NCBI GenBank assembly: GCA_964543365.1
Contig: CAZIXU010000001.1
Coordinates: 4,411 to 59,091 of the forward strand
Direction: 5' to 3'
DNA from: an uncultured bacterium
Lineage (GTDB): Bacteria; Deinococcota; Deinococci; Deinococcales; Marinithermaceae
DNA length: 54,681 nucleotides
Position 1 is the first letter of the stretch. Every line of letters starts with the position of its first letter. Positions 10,335 through 21,310 of the stretch are shown here, piece by piece. The position numbers were made by a program, and so were the translations under genes. Below the pieces are notes generated by a model that saw only the letters and a list, made by a program, of their open reading frames with translations, did no database searches and was not told where the DNA came from.

Positions 10335-13061
10335 CTAGCCGAAGTACTCGTCGAGCTGTTCGGGGGTTATCAGGACCTCGCGCGGTTTCGAACCCTGATG
10401 GGGTCCAACGATACCCATTGCCTCCAGTAGGTCCATCAACTTACCGGCGCGAGCGTGGCCGACCGAGAGGCGGCGCTGCAGGCGGCTGACCGAGGCCTGG
10501 CCTTCCTCGACCACGATCTCGGCGGCGCGCTTGAGGTAGGGGTCGGAAAAGTCGAGCGGTAGCTCGCCCTGAACGGCGCTGGTATTGACTCCCAAAGCCA
10601 GCGGCCCGTCGAAGTCGGCGCCGTAGGCTTCGCCGAAGGAGTCGCTAAAATCCTGCTCCCGCAGGTAGTCGGTCACCCGGCGGATCTCGCGGTCGGAAAG
10701 GAAGGGCCCCTGCAGGCGAACCGGCTTGGCTAGGCCGGGCTGGTGGAAGAGCATATCGCCCTGGCCGATCAACCGCTCGGCGCCGGTGCTGTCGAGGATG
10801 GTCCGCGAGTCATGGCTGCTGGAAACGGCAAAAGCTATACGGGCGGGTATGTTGACCTTGATCAGACTGGTCAGAATGTCAACGCTAGGCCGCTGGGTGG
10901 CCAGGATCAGGTGCATGCCGGTGGCACGGGCCATCTGCGCCAGCCGCAATATCGCCTGCTCGACCTCCTTGGGGCTGGTGATCATCAGGTCGGCCAGTTC
11001 GTCGATGACGATTACCAAAAGCGGCAGCTCCGGCTCGCCCAGTTCGCGCATCTTGGCGTTGAACTGCTCCAGGTTTCGCGCCCCCACCTGGCTCATCATC
11101 TTGTAGCGCCGCTCCATATGGGCGACCGCGCCCAGAAGCACGCCGGCGGCGTCGGCCGGGTTAGTGACCACGCCGCGGACCAGATGGGGTATGCCGTCGT
11201 AAGGCGTCAGCTCGACCATCTTGGGGTCGATCATCAAGAAGCGCAGCTCGCTGGCCTGGTAACGGTAGAGGAGGCTCATGACCAGGGTGTTGACGCAGAC
11301 CGACTTGCCCGAGCCGGTGGAGCCGGCGATCAGCAGGTGGGGCATGCCGGCCAGGTCGCGGACCCACATCTCACCGTCTATGCTCTTGCCTAGAATTAGC
11401 GGCAAGCGGGCCTTGCTGCGGGCGTAAGCAGGGTGGGACAGCGCCTCGCTGAAGCGGACCAGCCGCCGATCGGCGTTGGGGACCTCGAGCCCGATAACGT
11501 GCTTACCGGGAATAGGGGCCTCGACCCTGACCGAGCCGACCGCCAAAGACCGGGCGATGTCGTTGGCCAGGCCGGCGATGCGACTGATCTTCTCGCCCGG
11601 GGCTGGCTCCACCTCGAAGCGGGTCACACTGGGCCCGCGGGCCCAGGCGACGACCCTGGCCGCCAAGCTGAAGTGAGAAAGCGTTTCGTTGATTATCAAC
11701 GCCCGGGCTTCGGCCTCGGCCTCCAGTTGCTTTTCGTTGGCGGTTTGCTCTTCGGGCGGATCGAGGAGGTCCGTCGGGGGCAGACCTGCGGGTGAGGAGG
11801 TGGTTTTCCGGCGTGGTCGTGGCTTTTTGGCGGCGGGTTCGGGAACCTCGGGGGGATTTGCGGGCTCGAGGTTCGCTTCCTCCGTTACGACGCTGGGCGG
11901 GGAAGCCACCAACCCGGCTTTTTTCAATATCTGCAACGCGGCGGCGTGGTATTCCTGCGGCTGTGTTTCCGCCCATTCGACCCAGCGCTCCCAGGCCTCG
12001 GCGCGGTTGGCGACTTCTTCGTAGTCTTCGTTCAACCGGCTCCAGTCTTCGCGTCGGGAGGCCAGCGACTTCTCTATGGCGGCCAGGCGGTGGTGATCGG
12101 CCTTGAGCCTCTCGGCGTCGCGGCTGGAGGCTCGTTGTAGGCGCAGGTATTGTTTTTTTAGGGAAGCAACCTCGAGCTGCAAGGCCTTTCGCCGCGACTC
12201 CAGCTCGTTCATCAAATCGCCGGAAGCCGCCAGCGGCTTGCTCAGCAGACGCGCCAGAGCTTCGATCTCGGAAATTACCGGGCTGAGTTCGAGGCGCAGC
12301 CGTTGCAAAAGCTCATCGGAGCGCTGCTTTTGGAACTCCTCAATCGTGCTGCGGTAGGCTTCGAGATTGTCTTCGTCTTCGGTCGAAGGTCTTCTGGCGA
12401 TTCGCTCGAGCTCTAGCGCCAGCGTAGTCAACTGCTCGTGGTCCGGATATTGTGTCAACAACCCGTCTACCTGCTGCTTCATCTCTCTGGCGGCGCGACG
12501 CAGGTCGGCGTATTCACGGCGACTGGCGCTTAACGAGAAGAGTGAGCTCAGCAAGCGGGCGCCACTCCGCAGACCGAGCTTGAGCGTCTTGACCAGGCCC
12601 CAGAACGGCGGTTTACGCAGCCAAAGATCGAGTATCACCCAGGCGACGAGGCCGGGTAGCAACAAGCCGGCGTTGCCCAGCTTGTCTTGCAGCCAGGCGG
12701 CGGCGAACCTTCCCCAGCGACCGGCATAGACGGGGCAGTTGAAATTGCAGTAGGGCAGTAGCGCAAAACCGAAGACGGTGGCGAAAAAGGTATGGCGAAG
12801 AAGCGCCCGTAGCGGCTTTTGAAAGAGCAGCATAATGCCGGCCAGCGCCAGAGGAATGGGGGTCAGGTAGGCTAGCAGGCCCAGGTATTCCAGCAGGTGC
12901 TGCCGGACCCAAGAACCCCAGTCACCAGAGAGCGGTGACGATGGGTAAATGGATACCGCTAAAAAGAAAGCGGCGGCAAAGAGGACGAGCGAAAGAGCTT
13001 CCAGATCGCCCCTGCCTAGACGCGGACCATTTTGCTTGCTCTTGAGTCGTTTACCGGCCAC
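10335..13061 (-). CDS. ftsK: DNA translocase FtsK
   Basis: N-terminal TM domain, coiled-coil linker, [40 protein letters not shown]-terminal gamma winged helix. Confidence 0.96.
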   Translation of the reverse strand: MAGKRLKSKQNGPRLGRGDLEALSLVLFAAAFFLAVSIYPSSPLSGDWGSWVRQHLLEYLGLLAYLTPIPLALAGIMLLFQKPLRALLRHTFFATVFGFALLPYCNFNCPVYAGRWGRFAAAWLQDKLGNAGLLLPGLVAWVILDLWLRKPPFWGLVKTLKLGLRSGARLLSSLFSLSASRREYADLRRAAREMKQQVDGLLTQYPDHEQLTTLALELERIARRPSTEDEDNLEAYRSTIEEFQKQRSDELLQRLRLELSPVISEIEALARLLSKPLAASGDLMNELESRRKALQLEVASLKKQYLRLQRASSRDAERLKADHHRLAAIEKSLASRREDWSRLNEDYEEVANRAEAWERWVEWAETQPQEYHAAALQILKKAGLVASPPSVVTEEANLEPANPPEVPEPAAKKPRPRRKTTSSPAGLPPTDLLDPPEEQTANEKQLEAEAEARALIINETLSHFSLAARVVAWARGPSVTRFEVEPAPGEKISRIAGLANDIARSLAVGSVRVEAPIPGKHVIGLEVPNADRRLVRFSEALSHPAYARSKARLPLILGKSIDGEMWVRDLAGMPHLLIAGSTGSGKSVCVNTLVMSLLYRYQASELRFLMIDPKMVELTPYDGIPHLVRGVVTNPADAAGVLLGAVAHMERRYKMMSQVGARNLEQFNAKMRELGEPELPLLVIVIDELADLMITSPKEVEQAILRLAQMARATGMHLILATQRPSVDILTSLIKVNIPARIAFAVSSSHDSRTILDSTGAERLIGQGDMLFHQPGLAKPVRLQGPFLSDREIRRVTDYLREQDFSDSFGEAYGADFDGPLALGVNTSAVQGELPLDFSDPYLKRAAEIVVEEGQASVSRLQRRLSVGHARAGKLMDLLEAMGIVGPHQGSKPREVLITPEQLDEYFG

Positions 13062-13086
13062 GGCTCGTATTCTACCCGTAATAAGA

Positions 13087-13112
13087 CGCCGGCCCGGGTA
13101 GCCGGGCCGGCG
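13087..13112 (-). terminator. Hairpin terminator downstream of skp
   Basis: CGCCGGCCCGG-N4-CCGGGCCGGCG followed on the minus strand by TCTTATT. Confidence 0.65.
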
Positions 13113-13126
13113 GGAAGCATTCCTGG

Positions 13127-13621
13127 TTACTGACTGGTCAGGGCGCGGATGACCAGATCGGTTACGTCAACGTCCGGAGAGGCGTAGACGATGAGTCCGG
13201 ACTGGCCGGCGATGTTGGCGCTGAAGATCATGCTAAAGCCGTTCTGGGCGGCGACGATCGAAATGGTTTTGTCGATGTCCTTGGTGATGGGGCCCAGGAT
13301 GGAGTTGATCTTGTCCTGCCACTGCTTGCTGGCTTCGACGTAAGCCTGCTGCAGGGTCTGGAAGTCTTTGCGATCCTTCTCGGTGGCGCTGCCGGCTTTG
13401 ATCTTGCCGTCGATGACGTTCAGCTGGTCGACCAGGGGCTTCAGCTCCTTGTCGGCCTGTTCCTGTAGCTTCTTGACCTGAGCGTAGTTAGGGTGGGCTT
13501 CGATTACCTTCTGGGCGTCGATGTAGCCGACCCGGCTGGGAATGTCTTTGTTCTGGCTTAGGCCGAGGACGCCAACCATCGCCAACAAGAGTGCAGCGGT
13601 AATAATAGCAGTTCTTTTCAT
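13127..13621 (-). CDS. skp: OmpH/Skp family periplasmic chaperone
   Basis: Signal peptide, [15 protein letters not shown], long coiled coil, C-terminal [13 protein letters not shown]. Confidence 0.85.
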   Translation of the reverse strand: MKRTAIITAALLLAMVGVLGLSQNKDIPSRVGYIDAQKVIEAHPNYAQVKKLQEQADKELKPLVDQLNVIDGKIKAGSATEKDRKDFQTLQQAYVEASKQWQDKINSILGPITKDIDKTISIVAAQNGFSMIFSANIAGQSGLIVYASPDVDVTDLVIRALTSQ

Positions 13622-13708
13622 CTCCCAAAGTGTAAGCAGGAGCGGTGAATAGCGAGTGAGAGGCGTATTCCGGCTGGCGCGTATACAATGTAATCAAGGA
13701 GGTGCAAG

Positions 13709-14356
13709 ATGCTCGTACGCGACTGGATGACACCCAACCCCACGACCATAACCCCTGATACGCCGGTACTCGACGCCATCAAGCTACTCAAAGACCAGGG
13801 GTACCGCCGCTTGCCGGTAGTCGAGGGGGGCAAGCTGGTGGGCATCGTCACCGACAAGGACCTGAAAGACGCTATGCCGTCCAAGGCGACCACTCTATCG
13901 GTTTGGGAGCTGAACTACCTGCTCTCCAAACTGACGGTGGCCGAGGTGATGGCCAAACCGGTCATTACGGTAGAAGCCGACGAACCCCTGGAGGAGGCGG
14001 CGCTCTTGATGGAAGAGTACCGGATAGGCGGTCTGCCGGTTCTCAAAAAGGGTGATCTGGTGGGAATCATCACCATCACCGACGTCCTCAAGGCCTTTAT
14101 CGAGGTCATGGGCCTGCGGGAGGGGGGACTGCGGCTGACGCTCGACGTTGCCGACGAGCCCGGTGCCTTGGAAAGGTTGGGCGCCGCGGTCAAGCCGAGC
14201 AACATCGTTTCGGTGGCTACCGCCGGTCACCGCGACGGCAAGAGAATAATTGTAATGAGGGTAACCGGCGAGCAGATAGAGACGGTCGTGGACCGCCTCA
14301 AGGCGGCGGGGGAAGAAGTGCTCGACGTTCGCGAAACGAAGCCTCGCAATATTTAG
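13709..14356 (+). CDS. acuB: CBS and ACT domain protein (AcuB-like)
   Basis: Tandem CBS domains ([11 protein letters not shown]...LPVV; VMAKPVITV...GLPV) then an ACT domain (DEPGAL); SD AAGGAGG. Confidence 0.8.
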   Translation: MLVRDWMTPNPTTITPDTPVLDAIKLLKDQGYRRLPVVEGGKLVGIVTDKDLKDAMPSKATTLSVWELNYLLSKLTVAEVMAKPVITVEADEPLEEAALLMEEYRIGGLPVLKKGDLVGIITITDVLKAFIEVMGLREGGLRLTLDVADEPGALERLGAAVKPSNIVSVATAGHRDGKRIIVMRVTGEQIETVVDRLKAAGEEVLDVRETKPRNI

Positions 14357-14371
14357 ACGAAAACGAGCAGT

Positions 14372-14403
14372 AGGAAAGGCCCCGGAATCCGGGGCCTGTT
14401 TCC
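14372..14403. terminator. Bidirectional terminator between acuB and the lsr operon
   Basis: AGGCCCCGGA-A-TCCGGGGCCT stem with A/T-rich flanks, between convergent genes. Confidence 0.7.
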
Positions 14404-14413
14404 TTTGCGGCGA

Positions 14414-14794
14414 TCAGCCTATTTCCGGTAGCGGTTGACCGGGAAGCCAATCGACGTCGACTTTGTCTTTTGGATCGTAGGGTACCTTAACGAAAATAGC
14501 CTTCCAGGGCACATCCCCGTTATTTATCAGGTAGTGCGGGTGCATTGGCGGGACGTGGCAAAGGTCGCCGGGCCTAAGGGTGATTTTCTCGCCGTTGATG
14601 TAGATGTCTACTTCGCCAGAGAGGGTGAAAAAGTTTTCCTCGACCTGGCGGTGGTAGTGGGTCTGGAAGTCTTCTCCCGGGGTCAGCACGACCATGCCGA
14701 AGTCCGAGCGCGGACCGCGCATCAGGTACTTGGGTCCGGAAACGCCATCGAAACGGTATTCAACCTCGTCTTCATGGATAACAAAGGGCTTCAA
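14414..14794 (-). CDS. Cupin domain protein (last gene of lsr operon)
   Basis: Cupin motif 1 HYHRQVEENF..LSG and motif 2 GDLCHVPPMHPHYLIN; TTG start 6 nt after AAGGAGG; 12 bp from the lsrK stop. Confidence 0.88.
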   Translation of the reverse strand: MKPFVIHEDEVEYRFDGVSGPKYLMRGPRSDFGMVVLTPGEDFQTHYHRQVEENFFTLSGEVDIYINGEKITLRPGDLCHVPPMHPHYLINNGDVPWKAIFVKVPYDPKDKVDVDWLPGQPLPEIG

Positions 14795-14806
14795 GGCATG
14801 CCTCCT

Positions 14807-16363
14807 TTACTCTCCCGGGGCAATCCACATATGCGCAGTCACGCCGCTGTCGGCCAGCTCGAGTTGGGCTGGGTAAGCCTGGCTCCAGCGCTCGTAAGCC
14901 TCCTGGTAGGCGTCTCGGTTCTCCGGGTTGGGCTCGACGACGCGGTCCCAGCGGACCAGCCTGTCGGCGGCGCTGGGCATGTCGTCGTAGACGCCGACCC
15001 CTACCCCGGCGGCGATGGCGGCGCCGAGAGAGGTGGCCTCTTTGACCATCGGAATCCGCACCGGGACCTGCAGAACGTCGGCCAGGATTTGCGGCCAGAG
15101 ACGTCCTTTGGCGGCGCCGCTGGCGAAGATGACCGAGTCAGGAAAGCTGCCCGTCAAGTCGGCTATCCGGCGCAGGTTGGCCAGGGTGACGATGGCGGCG
15201 TTTTCCTGTAAGGCCCGGAAGAAGGCTCCGCGATGAGCCTTTTCGGGGTCGAGCGGAAAGTTGAGGAACGAGGGCGCGGCGTGCCGCCAGTGGGTGTAGT
15301 CCATGGCATTGGACAGAACGGGTGTAATGCCGTAGGAACCCGGAGGCACCGTTTCAGCCAGCGACTCCAGCAGTTCATAGGCGTCCCGCCCCTCGGCAGC
15401 GGCTCGCTCCTTGAGGTCGGGGGCGAAGGCGTCGCGGTACCAGCGTGCGGCGATTCCGGGAAAGAATACGATCGCCTCGGCCTGCCAGGTTCCCGGAACG
15501 GAGGCAAAGTTCATTCTGATCCGTCCCGTTTTGTCGCCCATTGGTTCACCCAGGTTGACCTCCTGCTGCCAGAAGGAGCCGCCAAAAACAGCGACGTCGC
15601 CAACCCTGGTGGCCCCGACGCCGACGGCCCCCAGCTGGGCGTCGCCGCCGCCCATGACTAGTGGGGTACCGGCAGCGAGACCGGTCTCGGCCGCAGCGGC
15701 GGGGGAGACTTCGCCGATGGGCGTACCGGATTCGTAGACCGGAGCGCTGATCAAACTCGGCTTGATTTCTAGCCGCTCGGCGATCTCCGGATCCCAGGAG
15801 CGCGACTCGAGGCTGAAGAGGCCGGTCGTTCCGCCGTTGGACGGGTCGACGGCTATCTCGGCGCCTAGGCGGACGGCGATCCAGTCGCTCAACATGGCCA
15901 TTTTGGCTGCCCGGTCGTAGATATCCGGTTGGTGGCGCTTAAGCCAGAGGAGTCGGGGAGCCGCACCAAGGGCAAAGGTCTGGCCTGAGCGCAGGTAGGC
16001 CCAGCGCTCGAGTTCCGGGTCGCGCTTGCGCAGGTCACGCACCTCCTGTACCGCGCGGGCGTCGACGTTGGCGCAGGCCCATAGCTCGCGACCGCTATCG
16101 TCGTAAAGGACGATACCCTCGCGCATGCTGGTGGTGCTAACGGCGGCGACGTTGGCTCCTGGAACCTGAGCCAGGACTTCACGGATGGCGCTGGCGATCA
16201 TCTCCCAGTTGCGGTCACGTTCGAACGTCATCGAACCGGGGAAACCAGGCTCTTCCTTGTGGGTCCACTCCCGCGAGGCCGCAGCCAGCTGGCGACCGTT
16301 TTCGTCGAAAATTACGGCGCGGCCGCTGCCGGTTCCGGCGTCGAGAGCGAGGATGTGCCGCAT
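14807..16363 (-). CDS. lsrK: Autoinducer-2 kinase LsrK (FGGY family)
   Basis: ALDAGTGSGRAVIFD, TSMREGIVLYD, WACANVDARA, GGGDAQLG, GGSFWQQ are characteristic of LsrK. Confidence 0.92.
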   Translation of the reverse strand: MRHILALDAGTGSGRAVIFDENGRQLAAASREWTHKEEPGFPGSMTFERDRNWEMIASAIREVLAQVPGANVAAVSTTSMREGIVLYDDSGRELWACANVDARAVQEVRDLRKRDPELERWAYLRSGQTFALGAAPRLLWLKRHQPDIYDRAAKMAMLSDWIAVRLGAEIAVDPSNGGTTGLFSLESRSWDPEIAERLEIKPSLISAPVYESGTPIGEVSPAAAAETGLAAGTPLVMGGGDAQLGAVGVGATRVGDVAVFGGSFWQQEVNLGEPMGDKTGRIRMNFASVPGTWQAEAIVFFPGIAARWYRDAFAPDLKERAAAEGRDAYELLESLAETVPPGSYGITPVLSNAMDYTHWRHAAPSFLNFPLDPEKAHRGAFFRALQENAAIVTLANLRRIADLTGSFPDSVIFASGAAKGRLWPQILADVLQVPVRIPMVKEATSLGAAIAAGVGVGVYDDMPSAADRLVRWDRVVEPNPENRDAYQEAYERWSQAYPAQLELADSGVTAHMWIAPGE

Positions 16364-16379
16364 ATCGCCTCCAGGGGGT

Positions 16380-16413
16380 AACCGGGTCGCCGCGGGAAAC
16401 GGGCGACCCGGTT
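16380..16413 (-). other. Intercistronic hairpin between lsrB and lsrK
   Basis: AACCGGGTCGCC...GGCGACCCGGTT 12-bp stem with no long U tract; typical mRNA-stabilising element after a solute-binding protein gene. Confidence 0.6.
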
Positions 16414-16423
16414 GGCAGTGGGT

Positions 16424-17458
16424 TTAGAAGTCGTAGTTGTCGATGTTGTCGATGGTGAAGACCACGCGCTCGGGCAGGAGGATGATGCCGTTGTTAACGT
16501 CACCCTGGTAGTCGTAGCCCTGGACCGAGTTGGGCGAAACCTTGACGTGGCCGACGTCGGGAACGTCAAACTCGTCGCCTACGTGGAGCTTCTTACCCTC
16601 AACCAGCATGTTGGCTACGTAGATAGCCAACTTGCCCTGTTTGACGACGTCCCAAAGACCAAAAGCCTTGACGGTGCCGCGCTTGACGTAGGGGCGCATG
16701 ACGTTCGGGGTCGAGAAACCGGTGATGATGATCTTGCCGGCGATGCCGAGGTTCTCGGCCGCCTGAGCAGTGCCGGGAAGTGCGTTGGCGTCGGGGCAGA
16801 TTACCGCGTCGAGGTCGGGATGGGCCTGGAAGAGGGCGGTCGGTACCTGCACGGCCTTCTGGGCGTCTTCGTGGCTGAAGACGGTGTCAACGATCTCCCA
16901 GTTGGGGTACTTCTCGGCGATCGTCTTCTTGGCGACGACTACCCACTGGTTCTGGTCGGTGACGGTCGGGCTGGAGTAGTGGAAGGCGACCTTCTTGGTG
17001 CCGCTCTTGGGGTCGTCCATCTGATCGGCGGCCATCTTGACGAGTAGCTCGCCGAGCTGCTGGGCGGTGCCCTGGCTGATGTAGAAGGTGCGGTAGCGCG
17101 GGTTTACGTCGGAGTCCCAGGTGAGGATGATAACGCCCTTCTTCATCGCTCGCTTGAGGGCCTGGTTGAGGCCGTCGGGCGAGAGAGCCGAGATAGCGAT
17201 AGCGTCGTAACCCTGGTTGACGAAGTTGTTGATGTATTCGATCTGGCCGGATACGCTGGCGGTGCTAGGACCGTCGTACTTGACTTTGATCCCCAGCTTG
17301 TTGCCCATTTCGACGGCGCCCTTACCGCCCGACTCGAAGAATCCGACACCGGTCAGTTTGGGAATAAAGGCGATCTTTACGTCTTTGGCCAAAGCAGTAC
17401 TGCCGATCGCGGCAAAAACCAGAGCCGCCGCGAATACCATCATCAGTTTTTTCTTCAT
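16424..17458 (-). CDS. lsrB: Autoinducer-2 ABC transporter substrate-binding protein LsrB
   Basis: [53 protein letters not shown]. Start placed at ATG 17458 (MKKK signal peptide, SD GAGGAGGAGG). Confidence 0.93.
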   Translation of the reverse strand: MKKKLMMVFAAALVFAAIGSTALAKDVKIAFIPKLTGVGFFESGGKGAVEMGNKLGIKVKYDGPSTASVSGQIEYINNFVNQGYDAIAISALSPDGLNQALKRAMKKGVIILTWDSDVNPRYRTFYISQGTAQQLGELLVKMAADQMDDPKSGTKKVAFHYSSPTVTDQNQWVVVAKKTIAEKYPNWEIVDTVFSHEDAQKAVQVPTALFQAHPDLDAVICPDANALPGTAQAAENLGIAGKIIITGFSTPNVMRPYVKRGTVKAFGLWDVVKQGKLAIYVANMLVEGKKLHVGDEFDVPDVGHVKVSPNSVQGYDYQGDVNNGIILLPERVVFTIDNIDNYDF

Positions 17459-17519
17459 TTGCAACCTCCTCCTCGTTAAGAACCAAATGCCGTTATCTAG
17501 TGAAACAAATCCCAGGTCC

Positions 17520-18560
17520 TCACCCCCTATCCTTTTGCGAAAGCGCCTTACGATTAAGGCGGTACTCACCGTAGACGTTGAGCAGTTGCTTGATGGCCAT
17601 AGCCGAGATTAGCAGCCCGCCCATGACGACCTGGATCAGGTCGTTGGTCACCCCGATCGCCAGCAGACCCTGGCGCAAGAAACCAAGTAGCATACCGGCC
17701 AGAAGAGTGCCGAGGATCGTGCCGCTACCACCGAGGATGTCGGCGCCGCCGAGAACCACGGCGGTGATGATCGGCAGCAAGGCGTCACCGCCCAGATCGG
17801 CTCGAGCCGAGGTGAAGTAAGAGGTCAGGAAGGTTCCGGCCAGGGCGGCGCCGAAACCGCTCAGGACGTAAGCCCAGATAAGCGTTTTGTGAACCGGCAC
17901 CCCGCTGTAGACGGCCGCTTTCGGGTTGACGCCAATCAGGTAGAGGTAGCGTCCAAACCTCGTCTTGTGAAGCAGCAGGGACAGGGCGACGGCAAAGAGG
18001 AGCACCAGAATGAACGGGTAGGGAACGATACCGACGGTCCCCTCGGTCAGGGCGATGAAGGAGTCGGGCAGGCCGGTGATGCCTTCGTACTGATACGCCG
18101 CCAGCCCGGCGGAGCCATAGGCCTTGAAGCCGAGCAGGTCGAGCAAAGCCGGCATTCCCTGGGCGAAGCCGGCGAACATGAAGAGGGTACCCAGGGTTAT
18201 GACCAGCGGGTTGACGTCGGTCTTGGCGACGAAGAAACCGTTGAAGATACCGGCCAAGATGCCTATCAGGAGAGCGATCGCCAGGGCGGCGAAGATGTTT
18301 ATTCCAGCCACCCAGGCGAGACCGAGGGTGATGGAGGCCAGCCCCATAATGGAAACCCCGGAGATGTCGATACCGGCGGTGATTATCACCAGGGTCAGCG
18401 GCAGGGCGGCGAAGAGGATGTGGGAGAAGTCGAGGGTGGAGTAGAGCAGGTTCTCGGCGTTGAAAAAGACGGGGTTGATCAAGCCGAGAACGATTATCTC
18501 CAGGACCAGCAGCACAGCCAGTGCAAACTCCCAGGTGCGGAATATGCGTGTCCACTTCAC
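17520..18560 (-). CDS. lsrD: AI-2 ABC transporter permease LsrD
   Basis: Sugar-ABC permease motifs [38 protein letters not shown]; second permease of the operon. Confidence 0.85.
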   Translation of the reverse strand: MKWTRIFRTWEFALAVLLVLEIIVLGLINPVFFNAENLLYSTLDFSHILFAALPLTLVIITAGIDISGVSIMGLASITLGLAWVAGINIFAALAIALLIGILAGIFNGFFVAKTDVNPLVITLGTLFMFAGFAQGMPALLDLLGFKAYGSAGLAAYQYEGITGLPDSFIALTEGTVGIVPYPFILVLLFAVALSLLLHKTRFGRYLYLIGVNPKAAVYSGVPVHKTLIWAYVLSGFGAALAGTFLTSYFTSARADLGGDALLPIITAVVLGGADILGGSGTILGTLLAGMLLGFLRQGLLAIGVTNDLIQVVMGGLLISAMAIKQLLNVYGEYRLNRKALSQKDRG

Positions 18561-19549
18561 GAGCGGCCTCCCTCAATGGAAGCATCGCCCCGAATGCGGG
18601 CCTGACGCCTTTGAAGTTCTAGGGTCGTGCGAACCCGGTAGTCGACGTAGACGACCGCCAGCAGGATGACGCCGGCGAAGGCGTTGTCCCAGATCCCGGG
18701 AACACCCAGGAAGATCAACATGCTGTGGACGGCGGTCATGAACAAAGCGCCGACGGCGGCGCCCAGGGGCGTACCCATACCGCCGGTCAGGCTGACGCCG
18801 CCGAGGACGTTGGCGGCTATGGCTTTGAGCTCGAAACCGTCAGCGGCGTTCATGGAAACGAAGCCGATCTGCGACGTGAAGACGACCGCGGCCAGGGCGG
18901 CGAACAGTCCTGCCAGCGTGTAGGCGGCGAACTGGGTCAGCCTTACCGGAATACCGAGCAGGTATGCGCCCTCTTCGTTGTCGCCGACGGCGTAAAAATA
19001 GCGGGCTGGTTTGTACTTGAGAGTTATGTATACGGTCACGCCGATGACTATGAAAGTCAGCCAAACGTAAAAAGGAATCCCGGCTATATCCCAGAGGTTC
19101 GGCTGCTTGATGTTCTGGGGCAGGTTTTCGATCCAGCTACCGCCGGTAATGATGCGCATCAGCCCGCGGTAGATGCCGAGGGTACCCAGGGTCATGATGA
19201 TGGGCGGAACCCGCAGAAAGGTGATGCCGAAAGCGTTGACCATTCCGGCCAGGATTCCGGTGACGATGGCGGCCCCGATGGCCAGGCCGATGGGCCAGCC
19301 CAGGTTGAGGGTGGTGCCAAGGACGACCGCCGCCAGACCGGCGGAAGCGCCGACGGAAACGTCGATACCGCGGGTGAATATGACGAACATCTCACCCAGG
19401 GAGATGAGCACCAGGGTCAGGCTGGCGTTGAAGATCTCGACGATGCTGTCGAACTTGAAGAAGTTGCTATTGAAGAGGCCGGTGATGACGATGAGGACGA
19501 CCAGGAGGCCGGTAATCAGGGCCTCACGGCTTTGCAGGAGCTTCTTCAC
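18557..19549 (-). CDS. lsrC: AI-2 ABC transporter permease LsrC
   Basis: TRGIDVSVG, VPPIIMTLG, GGSWIENLP, FYAVGDN, ELKAIAANVLGGVSL; first permease of the operon. Confidence 0.88.
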   Translation of the reverse strand: MKKLLQSREALITGLLVVLIVITGLFNSNFFKFDSIVEIFNASLTLVLISLGEMFVIFTRGIDVSVGASAGLAAVVLGTTLNLGWPIGLAIGAAIVTGILAGMVNAFGITFLRVPPIIMTLGTLGIYRGLMRIITGGSWIENLPQNIKQPNLWDIAGIPFYVWLTFIVIGVTVYITLKYKPARYFYAVGDNEEGAYLLGIPVRLTQFAAYTLAGLFAALAAVVFTSQIGFVSMNAADGFELKAIAANVLGGVSLTGGMGTPLGAAVGALFMTAVHSMLIFLGVPGIWDNAFAGVILLAVVYVDYRVRTTLELQRRQARIRGDASIEGGRS

Positions 19550-21072
19550 GCCGATACCTCCCGGACCATTCCGAACGAAGATTCGGTGACCCGCTCGAGA
19601 CTGATGTCGTTACCGGTTAACTCGTCTATGATACGACCCCGGTACATGACCAAGATTCGGTCGCTCAACTCGACCACTTCCTCCAACTCGGAGGAGATGA
19701 GTAGAATTGCTACCCCCTGGTTGGTCAGGTCACGGATCAAGCGATAGACGTCCTGCCGGGCCGAGGCATCGATACCGCGGGTGGGCTCGTCGAGAATGAC
19801 AACCTTTGGTTCACCGGCCAGCGCCTTGGCCAGCACTACCTTCTGCTGGTTACCGCCGGATAGGGTGCCGGCGATCTGCCAGATGCTGTTTAGTTTGATG
19901 TTCATGGCGTCGACGAAGCGTTGTCCGACACTCTTTTCTACGTCGACGGAGAGAAACCACTTGCCAAGGCGGTTGAGGATGCCGGCGGTGATCGTGTAGA
20001 CGCTGGGCAGGTCGAGAAAGATGCCGTGGGCATGGCGGTCTTCGGGAACGTAGACCAGGCCGTGTTGCTGGCAGACGGAAGGTGTTCTTTGAACGAGCTC
20101 CCGCCCGAGGATGCGAACGCTGCCCTTGGCGTGCTGATCGATTCCGACGATGGCTTCGGAAAGTTCGGTGCGCCCGGAACCGACCAGCCCGGCCAGGCCA
20201 AGCACCTCGCCGGCGTGGAGGGTCAGGCTGACGTCCGAGAAGGCCTCGCTATTCAGGTTTTCGACCTCGAGCACCGGCTCGCCCCGTGAGGGTCGGCGCA
20301 GTTGGTTGGTATCCTCGTTGGACTCGGTCGCTGTATCTGGCAGCATGGCTCTGACGAGGTCGTGTGGGGTAATCTTGTCTACCGTTTCGTTCAGCACCAT
20401 TACCCCGTCACGCAGGACGCTGACGCGGTCGGCTATCTCCATGACCTCGCCTAGGCGGTGGGAGATGAAGATCAGGCCGATACCATGGGCGGCCAGCGTA
20501 CGCATGCGCTCGAACAGCTGCTCGGTCTCCCGGAAGGTCAGGGCCGAGGTCGGTTCGTCGAAGATCAAGATTCGGGCGTTGCGCAGCAGGCCGCGAATTA
20601 TCTCGAGCAGTTGCTGCTGGGCGATACTCAAGAAGGCCGCTTGCTCGTCCAGGCTGGCGTGGAAACCCAGCGCCTCGAGCAGCGGTTCCACCCGGTCCTG
20701 CAGCTCTTGACGACTGAAGTCGAGGCCGATGCCCAGGTTCTCCAAAACCGAAAGGTGCGGGAAGACGTGCGGCTCCTGCGGGACCATGTAGATTCCGTGA
20801 TCGTGGGCGACCTTGGGAGAATCTAACTTGACCGGATTTCCGGAAAGCAGCAACTCGCCGTCGTCGAGCTGGTAGGCGCCGGAGATGATCTTCATCGTCG
20901 TTGACTTGCCGGAGCCGTTACCCCCGAGCAAGGCGTGAATCTCACCCTCGGCTAGGGTAAAGTTGATCCCCTTGAGGACGGGAACGCCGGCGAAGACCTT
21001 CCAGACGTTGCGCAGCTCCAAGAGCAGTCTGCCCGGAGGTTGCGAGCCGGTTTCGGAAACAACGTTTTTCAT
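19546..21072 (-). CDS. lsrA: AI-2 ABC transporter ATP-binding protein LsrA (two NBDs)
   Basis: HALLGGNGSGKST, YMVPQEP, DEPTSALT, GLVGSGRTEL, PEDR, LSGGNQQKV, DEPTRGID. Start placed at ATG 21072. Confidence 0.9.
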   Translation of the reverse strand: MKNVVSETGSQPPGRLLLELRNVWKVFAGVPVLKGINFTLAEGEIHALLGGNGSGKSTTMKIISGAYQLDDGELLLSGNPVKLDSPKVAHDHGIYMVPQEPHVFPHLSVLENLGIGLDFSRQELQDRVEPLLEALGFHASLDEQAAFLSIAQQQLLEIIRGLLRNARILIFDEPTSALTFRETEQLFERMRTLAAHGIGLIFISHRLGEVMEIADRVSVLRDGVMVLNETVDKITPHDLVRAMLPDTATESNEDTNQLRRPSRGEPVLEVENLNSEAFSDVSLTLHAGEVLGLAGLVGSGRTELSEAIVGIDQHAKGSVRILGRELVQRTPSVCQQHGLVYVPEDRHAHGIFLDLPSVYTITAGILNRLGKWFLSVDVEKSVGQRFVDAMNIKLNSIWQIAGTLSGGNQQKVVLAKALAGEPKVVILDEPTRGIDASARQDVYRLIRDLTNQGVAILLISSELEEVVELSDRILVMYRGRIIDELTGNDISLERVTESSFGMVREVSA

Positions 21073-21175
21073 AGCGGACCCCAGATGCCGGAACGCCCGC
21101 CGTTTTTGCTGCGGGTGCTCGCGGTGTAGACGTAGTGATTCGCCGTCATGGCCAGTTGGCCTCCCGTGCGCTGAA

Positions 21176-21289
21176 TTCACATATGTCAGCGCTTTGTAAC
21201 TTATGTGCATATCCTAGTCCGCAGCGATCGGACCTGTCAAGATGCGCCGACGTAGTGAAACAATGCTATGCTTGTATCACATATGTGAT
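21176..21289. promoter_or_regulatory. Two putative LsrR (SorC-family) operators in the divergent lsrA/lsrR region
   Basis: TTCACATA...TATGTGCA inverted repeat (21176-21209) and perfect palindrome ATCACATATGTGAT (21276-21289); ACATATGT-like cores at 21179, 21199 and 21279. Confidence 0.6.
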
Positions 21290-21310
21290 GAATGCGGATG
21301 GAAACCGCCT

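Noticed and set aside
10335-13061. FtsK-family ATPase as a conjugation, type VII secretion or defence component
   Set aside because: Single motor domain with a gamma domain and a housekeeping context: the chromosomal FtsK.
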